Positions 23,471 through 31,037 of a stretch of DNA of 47,160 bases are shown one piece after another (position 1 is the first letter of the stretch; every line of letters begins with the position of its first letter). Source of the stretch: Patescibacteria group bacterium. Its GTDB lineage: Bacteria; Patescibacteriota; Minisyncoccia; 2-02-FULL-40-12; GWA2-44-9. Below the pieces are notes generated by a model that saw only the letters and a program-made list of their open reading frames with translations, was not told the DNA's origin and searched no databases. The translations under genes and the position numbers were made by a program. The DNA is taken from contig JBBTRD010000008.1 in NCBI GenBank assembly GCA_038065335.1, positions 1 through 47,160 on the forward strand, read 5' to 3'.

Positions 23471-25103
23471 ATTATTAAATCCACTTTTTATATTTCATCT
23501 TATTTTTGTGGCGTTAGTTTTAATCGGCGAAATTCCGCGTGAACTTGTTATTTATGAAACCGGTCTATTGGTTTTATATTTCTTGTTTGCTTCCATTGAA
23601 GACGGGTTAATATTTTTTGTTCGTTCAATTCCGCTTTTTATCGCCATCCCGCTGACCGCGAATTACGACAACCTCAATCAATGGCGGATTCTGGCAATTA
23701 TTTTATTCGGCAAATGGCTGTTCACTCGGGAGACCTGGCATTACTTCGGAGCTTGGCTAGTTTTATTATTCCGAAAGCCTTGGATTGTCATCAAAGAGCA
23801 TCCTTGGGCGGCTTTGTTTAAGATTTTAGCAATCCTTAGCCTGTTGTCTTTGTGGCACGCTCCTGACCGGATTGAAGGTTTAAAACGGATTATTTATTTT
23901 ATCAACGCCGCTCTCGTCGCCGTTGTTATTGTTTATCCGCCTCGAAGCCATGAGTTTATCAAACGACTCATTAAAAATATTATCGCCCCGATCATTATTG
24001 TCGTTCTCGTTGGCGTCGTTCAAGTTGCCTCCACTTATTTTATAGACATTTATCAATTTATGAGAATTTGGGGCGAGGGAATTCAACTTAGAGAGTTTGG
24101 CGCGATGTGGTCGTATATCGCCGTCAATGTTGGTAATACCTGGTTTGCTTACTTCGGCGACCAACTCTCGCTCCGAGTGTTTTCCCTCTTTCCCGACTCC
24201 CATTCGTTTCCAATATTTTTACTGCTTGGCCTGCCCGCGTTTTTTGCTTGGACTCTTGTCAAGCCGCTCGGTCGAGCGACAAGAATGCGCGATATGCTTT
24301 TTACCCCGTTAGAAGTAGCCTCGCCGAGGTCCGAAGGACTCGCGCCAAAGGCGCGAGCGAGACTTCTTACGGGGTTTACCCGTGGCAAGCTAGCTGTGCT
24401 TTGGATTCCTTTAATATTCTTGATGATGATTCTTTCTGGCACTCGAGGCATCTGGATAGGCGGAGTCATAATGACGATTTGGATTCTCTTTGTCTTTTTG
24501 TATATGCGCCGCAATAGAGTCGCGGCCGAAAAAATCAATATCTTTCGATACATATCGTACTATATATTTATTTTTTTCTTATTGTTTGCCGTGGCTTATC
24601 CTATATTTTCTTCCCCTCAATTCTTGGTATCTAAAGGAGACGCTTTCCTGCTTCAGCAACGATTTAAGTCAATCTTTGATTTCGGCGAAACTTCGAATAG
24701 CCAACGGATTGAAATTTGGAAAAAAAGTTTGGTTTCTATTGAACATAATCCTGTGTTTGGAGTTGGTATTGGAAATTTCCCCGTCGTTCTCGGCCAAAAC
24801 ATTAAACTAACTAAGGCTGGTTCGTCGGCTCATAACATTTATCTGCAAGTCGCTTCGGAAATGGGGATTCCGGCGGCATTGTTTTTTTTATGGTTCATCT
24901 GGTTGGTTTTGAAACAAACCTACAAACGCTTCATAAAATCTACCGAGCCGGCGTATCAGGCCTATTTCGGCGGGCTCCTAATCACCCTGCCTTGGATTCT
25001 GGCTTATTTAATGACTGACGTGGCAATTTTTGACGAACGAGCTCTTCTTCTCTGTGTCGCCACCCTCGCGATTGTGGCCACGCCTTTGCACGCTCATGAA
25101 TAA
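23463..25103 (+). CDS. O-antigen ligase/polymerase (Wzy_C-like) family membrane protein
   Basis: 546 aa. Polytopic membrane protein with loop motifs SGTRGIWIG and SAHNIYLQVASEMGI. Confidence 0.8.
   Translation: MPKLLNPLFIFHLIFVALVLIGEIPRELVIYETGLLVLYFLFASIEDGLIFFVRSIPLFIAIPLTANYDNLNQWRILAIILFGKWLFTRETWHYFGAWLVLLFRKPWIVIKEHPWAALFKILAILSLLSLWHAPDRIEGLKRIIYFINAALVAVVIVYPPRSHEFIKRLIKNIIAPIIIVVLVGVVQVASTYFIDIYQFMRIWGEGIQLREFGAMWSYIAVNVGNTWFAYFGDQLSLRVFSLFPDSHSFPIFLLLGLPAFFAWTLVKPLGRATRMRDMLFTPLEVASPRSEGLAPKARARLLTGFTRGKLAVLWIPLIFLMMILSGTRGIWIGGVIMTIWILFVFLYMRRNRVAAEKINIFRYISYYIFIFFLLFAVAYPIFSSPQFLVSKGDAFLLQQRFKSIFDFGETSNSQRIEIWKKSLVSIEHNPVFGVGIGNFPVVLGQNIKLTKAGSSAHNIYLQVASEMGIPAALFFLWFIWLVLKQTYKRFIKSTEPAYQAYFGGLLITLPWILAYLMTDVAIFDERALLLCVATLAIVATPLHAHE
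24305..24373. repeat. 69-nt structured palindromic element, in frame (a different frame) in the Wzy-like gene
   Basis: It is translated as PLEVASPRSEGLAPKARARLLTG and flanked by TTTAC at 24300-24304 and 24375-24379. Confidence 0.92.
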
Positions 25104-26139
25104 CCCGATTGTCTCCATCAATATCGTCGTCCTTAATGGCGAAAAATATATCCGTCATTGTTTAGAATCGATTTTTGTTCAATCTTATTCTCACGAACTG
25201 ATAGAAATTAATATCCTCGACAACGGCTCAACAGATAATACGATTGATTTTATTGAAAATTGGAAATTGAAAAATGAAAATTTTAAAATTACTTTTATAA
25301 AAAGCAATTTTAATCATGGTATGTGGGGCGGTCAAGAAGAACTTTTAAAACAATCTTCCGGAAAATATATCGTTATTTTGTCAGTTGATGTTATTTTGGA
25401 AAAAGATTTTATTTCAAATGCCGTCCGCGCGTTAGACGCCAACCCCAAACTCGGCGCCCTCCAAGCAAAAATCTACCAATTTAATCTTCGGGAATTGGAA
25501 ATTGAAAATTGGAAATTGAAAATTGGAGGAACGATTGATTCCTGCGGATTTAAAATATTTCGCTCTCGTCGAATCGTTAATATCGGCCATGGTGAAACGG
25601 ACATAGGACAATATGATAAAGCACGCGAAATTTTTGGCGTGGAAGGCGCGGTGCCAGTGTTTAAAAAAGAAGCTCTTGAAAGTATCCGCATCTTGGGAGA
25701 AATCGCTGACCATGATTTATTCTGGTACGCCGAGGATTTAGATGTCGCTTGGCGCCTCCGAATGGCTGGCTGGGAACAACGCTACGAACCATCAGTAATG
25801 GCTTGGCACGATCGGCAAACCACTAAACAAACCCGCCGCGGATTACGCGATTTTATCGCTGTTCGCCGAGCGATTCCGCTCCGAAAACGCCAGCTCGAAT
25901 GGCGAAATATCCGCTGTACAATTATCAAAAATGATTATATAATAAACACCCTGAAAGACTTGCCCTATATTCTGTTACGAGAGATTACCATAACCGTTTA
26001 TCTTTTAATATTTGAGACTGCTGTTTTTGCCGAATTGCCGACGTTGCTAAAATTAATACCGCGCATGTTTCGTAAGCGCCGAGAAATTATGAAGCGCGCC
26101 AAAGCCAGTCCAACCGAAATCCACGCTTATTTTTTCTAA
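25096..26139 (+). CDS. GT2-family glycosyltransferase
   Basis: I chose the start at in-frame ATG 25096 (MNNPIVSINIVVLNGEKY...), which overlaps the upstream stop by 8 nt. Motifs DNGSTD and a DxD-type region. Confidence 0.85.
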   Translation: MNNPIVSINIVVLNGEKYIRHCLESIFVQSYSHELIEINILDNGSTDNTIDFIENWKLKNENFKITFIKSNFNHGMWGGQEELLKQSSGKYIVILSVDVILEKDFISNAVRALDANPKLGALQAKIYQFNLRELEIENWKLKIGGTIDSCGFKIFRSRRIVNIGHGETDIGQYDKAREIFGVEGAVPVFKKEALESIRILGEIADHDLFWYAEDLDVAWRLRMAGWEQRYEPSVMAWHDRQTTKQTRRGLRDFIAVRRAIPLRKRQLEWRNIRCTIIKNDYIINTLKDLPYILLREITITVYLLIFETAVFAELPTLLKLIPRMFRKRREIMKRAKASPTEIHAYFF

Positions 26140-27149
26140 TGGAACCCATTATTTATCAATCCTCGCCTCGACCCAGAAATCGTTTATATCGTTTTCGTTA
26201 TTTTATACTACTTATGATTATTGCCGCTGGCTTATTTTATTTAAACGCGACCGGTAATCAGATTGATATTTTTAATCCGTTCGCCACCCGTGATTCGGTT
26301 CAATCCTTACCGGTCATGACCCCGGATCCTGATTACGCAATGCCTGCCAAAGAATTAAATCGACTGGATGTTTTAATTCTTGGCGTCCGCGGAGCCAACG
26401 ATCCGGACGCCGTGGACAGCGGACCGTTATTGACGGATTCGATTCAAGTTTTCAGCTATGATAAGGCCGCGAAGAAGTCGTCTCTTATCTCTATTCCTCG
26501 CGATTTATTTGTGATTATTCACGATCAAAAAAAAGATAAGCTTAATTCGGCCTATGAATACGGACTAAGCCACAGTCCCGACAGTCTTCAATTTATTAAA
26601 GAAAAAATTTCGCAAATCACGGGCGTTTACATCGATCAAGTCGTCGTTTTTGATTTCTCATCGTTTAAAGGGATAGTGGACGCCCTCGGCGGTATTGATG
26701 TTACTCTGACGGTTCCATTCAGCGAAACCCAACAGTGGGGAGCTAGCTTCTCTTTGCCCGTCGGCGTAAATCATCTTGATGGCCAATCAGCGCTCTATTA
26801 CGCTCGTTCCCGCTATTCTTCGAGCGATTTTGACCGCTCCCGACGCCAGCAACAAATTATGTTCGCCATTGAGGACAAGCTTCTTCGGTTAAATTTATTG
26901 AGCGACCCCGTAAAAAGTTTCTCAATTTTGAATTTAATCAGAAGCGAAATTAAAACTGACATCGGCGTGTGGAATATCAGTGAATTTCTTAATCTGGCCA
27001 ATCAAGTTAAGTTCAACCAAATTAAACGCGGCGTCATTTCCACCGATAATCTTCTTGTTGAAAGCAAAGACAATGGCGTCTATATCCTACTTCCTAAAGA
27101 AGGGACTTTAGTCGGTATCAAGCAACTTTTTCAAGATAATCTGCGATAA
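26139..27149 (+). CDS. LytR-CpsA-Psr (LCP) family glycopolymer transferase
   Basis: 336 aa. N-terminal TM anchor, then LILGVRG...DSI, SIPRDL, NSAY, YARSRY. Confidence 0.88.
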   Translation: MEPIIYQSSPRPRNRLYRFRYFILLMIIAAGLFYLNATGNQIDIFNPFATRDSVQSLPVMTPDPDYAMPAKELNRLDVLILGVRGANDPDAVDSGPLLTDSIQVFSYDKAAKKSSLISIPRDLFVIIHDQKKDKLNSAYEYGLSHSPDSLQFIKEKISQITGVYIDQVVVFDFSSFKGIVDALGGIDVTLTVPFSETQQWGASFSLPVGVNHLDGQSALYYARSRYSSSDFDRSRRQQQIMFAIEDKLLRLNLLSDPVKSFSILNLIRSEIKTDIGVWNISEFLNLANQVKFNQIKRGVISTDNLLVESKDNGVYILLPKEGTLVGIKQLFQDNLR

Positions 27150-27171
27150 AAGTTACCAATCATCATTTTCC

Positions 27172-27224
27172 AGTTTTCAGTTATTGAGAACTGATCACTT
27201 ATTGGAAACTGATAACTGAAAACT
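27172..27224. repeat. 13-bp inverted repeat (AGTTTTCAGTTAT / ATAACTGAAAACT) in the LCP-GT2 spacer
   Basis: Seen directly in the sequence. It is AT-rich and a possible terminator or operator. Confidence 0.6.
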
Positions 27225-27232
27225 AAAATTTT

Positions 27233-28039
27233 ATGCTTTCCATCGTTATTGTTAATTATAAAAATGCTCCACTTTTACGCTTGTGCTTAAAATCGCTTCG
27301 GCGCGTTATTTCCGATTCTTTCGTTCATGAAATTATCGTCGTTGACGCTTCCGCTAATGCCGATACGGTTCATATCGCGACGGAAGAATTTCCCCACATC
27401 CGCTATTTGCCATTCAAGGAAAACATCGGCTACACCCGAGCCGTAAATCATGGACTTAAAACGGCGAAAGGGGATTTTATTTTTATTATCAACGCCGACA
27501 TTATTCCTCTCGAAGGCAGTCTCGAAAAAATGTATGCCTATATGAAATCCCATCCCGAAATCGGCCTGCTCGGCCCGCGGTTATTAAATTTTGACGGTTC
27601 AACCCAACAATCGTGTTTTCGATTTTATACACCCTTCACGATTATTTGTCGCCGAACATTTTTAGGAAAACTACCTTTCGTTAAAAATGTTTTAAATCGA
27701 TTTTTAATGAAAGATAAAGATTTAACTCAACCCTTGATGGCGGACTGGCTGATGGGATCAGCTCTAATGGTTTCTCGTCAAGCGTTGGAAACCGTGGGCT
27801 ATATGGATGAACAGTTTTATTTATATATGAGTGATGTTGACTGGCCCCGCCATTTTTGGGAGAATGGATATCAGGTGGTATTTTTTCCACTAGCGATGAT
27901 CTACCATTACCATCGCCAAGAATCGCATGGCGCGCTCGATGTTCTCGACGCTATTTTTAATCGTCGCACCCAACAACACATCACTGATGCCCTCCGCTAT
28001 TTCCGTAAAAACGGAGTCCATAAGATATCTTACGTTTAA
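27233..28039 (+). CDS. GT2-family glycosyltransferase (rhamnosyltransferase-like)
   Basis: 268 aa. LSIVIVNYKN..., INADI, and DVDW in place of the DxD region. Confidence 0.85.
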   Translation: MLSIVIVNYKNAPLLRLCLKSLRRVISDSFVHEIIVVDASANADTVHIATEEFPHIRYLPFKENIGYTRAVNHGLKTAKGDFIFIINADIIPLEGSLEKMYAYMKSHPEIGLLGPRLLNFDGSTQQSCFRFYTPFTIICRRTFLGKLPFVKNVLNRFLMKDKDLTQPLMADWLMGSALMVSRQALETVGYMDEQFYLYMSDVDWPRHFWENGYQVVFFPLAMIYHYHRQESHGALDVLDAIFNRRTQQHITDALRYFRKNGVHKISYV

Positions 28040-28045
28040 ACAATC

Positions 28046-29293
28046 ATGATTAAAAAAATATCATTACCCCTCGCGATTATCATCTGTCTCGTTCTTGGGT
28101 TTGGCGGCGGAATATTGTACACGAATAAAAATACGCCGACCATCCCGCCAATCCAACAATTAATAAATCAAGATGTCGGTAAAGTTCAGAATGTTGATTT
28201 TTCATTTTTTTGGAAAGTTTGGAGTGATCTTTCCGCTAAATACGTAGATAAATCGAAACTTGATACCCAAAAGATGGTCTACGGCGCCATCGGGGGAATG
28301 GTTGACGCGGTCGGTGATCCTTATACGGTCTTCTTTGAACCAACCCAAGCCAAACAGTTCGCCCAAGAAATTTCCGGCGCTTTTGGCGGAGTTGGCATGG
28401 AAATTGGCGTGAAAAATGACATTTTAACCATCATCGCGCCGTTACCCAATACCCCAGCGGCTAGAGCCGGAATTTTAGCGGGCAATAAAATTTTAAAAAT
28501 AAATGGCGCTTCGACCCAAGGTCTCTCGACTGAAGAAGCGGTCAGTACTATTCGAGGCAAAGTCGGCACCAAAATTACTATCACTATCTCCGGAAGCGAC
28601 GATAAGCCCCGCGATATCACCATGACCCGGGAAACCATCAAAGTCCCGACCGTTGTCTGGAAAATGCTAACTAACCCTTCAACAAGCTCAGGGCAAGCTA
28701 GTAAAAATATCGCTTATATTCAGGCTTATCAATTTAATGAGAATATCAACGGTCAGTTTAAAAAAGCCGTTGATGAAATAGAAAAATCAAACCCCAAAGC
28801 CGACGGTATCATTCTCGATTTACGCAATAATCCCGGCGGTCTTCTTGATTCCGCCATCAACCTTGCCGGTTATTTTGTCGCCAAAGGTCAGCCTGTGGTC
28901 AGTGAAGTCTTTGGCGACGGCACAATAAATAAATTCACTTCTGACGGAAATGCCGTTTTGGCTAAATATCATGTCGTCATTCTCGTGAACGGCGGTTCCG
29001 CCTCGGCTTCGGAAATTTTGGCCGGCGCCCTTCACGATAATTTGGGCTTGAAATTAATCGGCGAAAAAACATTCGGCAAGGGCGTCGTTCAAGAATTAGT
29101 AAATCTCGATGACGGCGCTTCGCTTAAAGTGACGGTCGCCCGCTGGTTCACCCCGGCCGGCACTAACATCTCCGAAAAGGGGATTGAACCCGACATCAAA
29201 GTCGAGCTCACCGACGACCAAAAGAAAAACATCATTTTCGGCGATTTGTCGGTTGACCCGCAATTACAAAAAGCATTGGAGTACGTCAGATAA
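28046..29293 (+). CDS. ctpA: S41 carboxy-terminal processing peptidase
   Basis: 415 aa. TM anchor, PDZ domain (AGILAGNKILKING) and catalytic GGSASASEILAG ... TFGKG. Confidence 0.9.
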   Translation: MIKKISLPLAIIICLVLGFGGGILYTNKNTPTIPPIQQLINQDVGKVQNVDFSFFWKVWSDLSAKYVDKSKLDTQKMVYGAIGGMVDAVGDPYTVFFEPTQAKQFAQEISGAFGGVGMEIGVKNDILTIIAPLPNTPAARAGILAGNKILKINGASTQGLSTEEAVSTIRGKVGTKITITISGSDDKPRDITMTRETIKVPTVVWKMLTNPSTSSGQASKNIAYIQAYQFNENINGQFKKAVDEIEKSNPKADGIILDLRNNPGGLLDSAINLAGYFVAKGQPVVSEVFGDGTINKFTSDGNAVLAKYHVVILVNGGSASASEILAGALHDNLGLKLIGEKTFGKGVVQELVNLDDGASLKVTVARWFTPAGTNISEKGIEPDIKVELTDDQKKNIIFGDLSVDPQLQKALEYVR

Positions 29294-29296
29294 ACT

Positions 29297-29415
29297 GAAA
29301 ACCTGCCACTTTGGCCCAGACCCGGGAAATGAAAGGCCCTGCCTAGACTTGCGTCTGGCAGGGCTGGCCGCGAAGAGCGGGGACACGGACAGGAGTCCGT
29401 GGGGGCTTTTCGCGG
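29297..29415. repeat. GC-rich structured intergenic element related to 39233-39359
   Basis: AACCTGCCaCTTTGgCCCAGACCCGGGAAA matches the reverse complement of 39322-39351. Internal stems GCCCTGCC/GGCAGGGC, CCGCGAA/TTCGCGG and CACGGAC/GTCCGTG. Confidence 0.75.
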
Positions 29416-29536
29416 AGAGGATTATTCGTAGACAACTTATTTGATTATAGCATTTTAATGGTAGAGAAGTCAAGGTTGTGAAAACGGGACGAAAATAGTA
29501 GACTTTGATTTAGTAATTAGATTAATTAGAAATTTT

Positions 29537-29998
29537 ATGCGCGTTATTCTTCTTCAAAACATTAAAGGATTTGGACAGATTGGGGAGGTAAAGAGCGTAT
29601 CGGATGGACATGCCCGAAATTTTCTATTTCCGAAAAAGCTGGCGAAAATCGCCACGGAAAACACGCTCAAAGAAGTGGCCGCCCTTTCTCTAAAACGAGA
29701 AGTGATGACACTCAAAAATCAGGAAGCTGTCCAGAAGGCGGTATTAGTATTGGCCACGATATCTTTAGAATTTAAAAAGAAAGCCAGCCCAACAGGAACC
29801 CTGTTTTCTTCAGTCACTAGACATGAGATTGCTCACGAACTAACAAAACTCTCGGGCCTGAAAGTTGAAACGGAGATGATTGATATCGGCGAGCATGGAG
29901 AACATATCAAACATCTCGGTGAACATGTTGTAACCGTTGAATTGGCTAATGGGCTCAAGACCGATGTTAAGGTGTCAATCAAAAACGAGCAAAACTAA
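29537..29998 (+). CDS. rplI: 50S ribosomal protein L9
   Basis: 153 aa. MRVILLQNIKGFGQIGEVKSVSDGHARNFLFPKKLA. Confidence 0.93.
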   Translation: MRVILLQNIKGFGQIGEVKSVSDGHARNFLFPKKLAKIATENTLKEVAALSLKREVMTLKNQEAVQKAVLVLATISLEFKKKASPTGTLFSSVTRHEIAHELTKLSGLKVETEMIDIGEHGEHIKHLGEHVVTVELANGLKTDVKVSIKNEQN

Positions 29999-30267
29999 AC
30001 CACACTGACCACTTTCACAATTCGACGATCGCCACTGAATCCGGTTTTGCGTTTGGTGGTGAACTTTACCTGACCGGGCGTCACGGCATAAATCGTGTAG
30101 TCCTTGCCCAGACGAACGCCAAGACCGGGAAGAAATTTAGTGCCGTGCTGACGAATAATAATATTACCGATTTTAGCGGCTTGGCCTTGAGAAAGCTTTA
30201 CGCCAAGATATTTAGGCTGTGAATCGCGACCATTAGCCGTAGTTCCTATCGCTTTTGTATGTGCCAT
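29995..30267 (-). CDS. rpmA: 50S ribosomal protein L27
   Basis: 90 aa. MAHTKAIGTTANGRDSQPKYLGVK... Confidence 0.95.
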   Translation of the reverse strand: MAHTKAIGTTANGRDSQPKYLGVKLSQGQAAKIGNIIIRQHGTKFLPGLGVRLGKDYTIYAVTPGQVKFTTKRKTGFSGDRRIVKVVSVV

Positions 30268-30450
30268 AGTTTCCGAAATTTTTGAGCTAGCCCAGCGAAA
30301 AAAATTTCGCTGAAACTATGCAGTCCCGCCTCATCTGGTTTCACAATGAGTGATACCAGTGAACAGAGACGAAGTCGTTTCACTGCTCTAAAACTTCCTG
30401 TTAAAATATATTCGACCCCAGATGGGGCGGGGCGCCATAGTCGTCTATTA

Positions 30451-30858
30451 ATGAATACAACTGTAATAGTATCAAAAATAAAAAAGTTATGCAAGAATCA
30501 TCAACACGGCCTATTTGTTGGACTTTGTTTGATTATTACCGCCGGGATTGGTTATAATATCGGTCGTATTATCGCTCTCCACGCTTCACCGGGTGCAAAT
30601 GGTCAATCAGCCAACATTTCTGATACAACAAAGGGCAATACTAACTTCACAAAAACTGCGCCTCAAATTAAAATTACCCTACCAAGCCCTATTCCTACCG
30701 ACCCCCGAGTGGTTGCTTCTAAAGCGGCCGGTTCCAAATTATATCATCATCCGTGGTGCTCTGGCGCCCAAAGAATTAAAGAAACAAACAAACTCTGGTT
30801 TCCAACTGAAGCAAATGCCATTTCGGCCGGCTATACTCTTGCGGGTAATTGTCAATAA
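30451..30858 (+). CDS. membrane-anchored hypothetical protein with a C-terminal Cys-containing motif
   Basis: I moved the start to in-frame ATG 30451 because the track start at 30346 would overlap the rpmA promoter region. One TM helix and a C-terminus of YHHPWCSGAQRI...AGYTLAGNC. Confidence 0.6.
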   Translation: MNTTVIVSKIKKLCKNHQHGLFVGLCLIITAGIGYNIGRIIALHASPGANGQSANISDTTKGNTNFTKTAPQIKITLPSPIPTDPRVVASKAAGSKLYHHPWCSGAQRIKETNKLWFPTEANAISAGYTLAGNCQ

Positions 30859-30873
30859 TGGTACTATAGGTGG

Positions 30874-30978
30874 GCGAGCGCATGGCACTCTACTTAAACA
30901 TTTGGTCAATCATCAGAAGATAGTTTAAGTAGAGGTGGCGCCACTGGGGTTCAAGTCCACCATGCTCGCACTTTTTTT
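30874..30978 (+). ncRNA. candidate small structured RNA (class unknown) with a tRNA-like T-loop motif
   Basis: Extended -10 TGgTACTAT at 30859-30867. A closing helix (30874-30885 with 30960-30969, 10 bp with a 2-nt bulge), a perfect 12-bp stem (30888-30899 / 30923-30934), GGGGTTCAAGTCC, then a 7-T run at 30972-30978. Confidence 0.45.
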
Positions 30979-31037
30979 ACTCTTAAATTCTACTAATTAA
31001 TAGAACGCCGCTGAATTGACGGTCAGCAAGTTATAAA

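Noticed and set aside
25030-25095. Track start 25030 for the GT2 gene.
   Set aside because: It would overlap the Wzy-like gene by 74 nt. The in-frame ATG 25096 gives a typical GT2 N-terminus (MNNPIVSINIVVLNG).
29184-29473. ORFs 29184..29444 (+) and 29264..29473 (-). The same applies to 39235..39453 (-).
   Set aside because: They are read-throughs of GC-rich repeat elements, which are stop-poor because of base composition, and are not genes.
30346-30450. Track start 30346 for the membrane protein, and the minus-strand ORF 30246..30494.
   Set aside because: This region must hold the divergent rpmA promoter and leader. The ATG at 30451 immediately precedes the TM helix.
30874-30978. Calling this element a tRNA (class II or Sec-like) or a tRNA pseudogene/att remnant.
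   Set aside because: No D arm or anticodon arm can be drawn, the T stem has only 3 of 5 pairs, and there is no CCA. I kept it only as a candidate ncRNA of unknown class.
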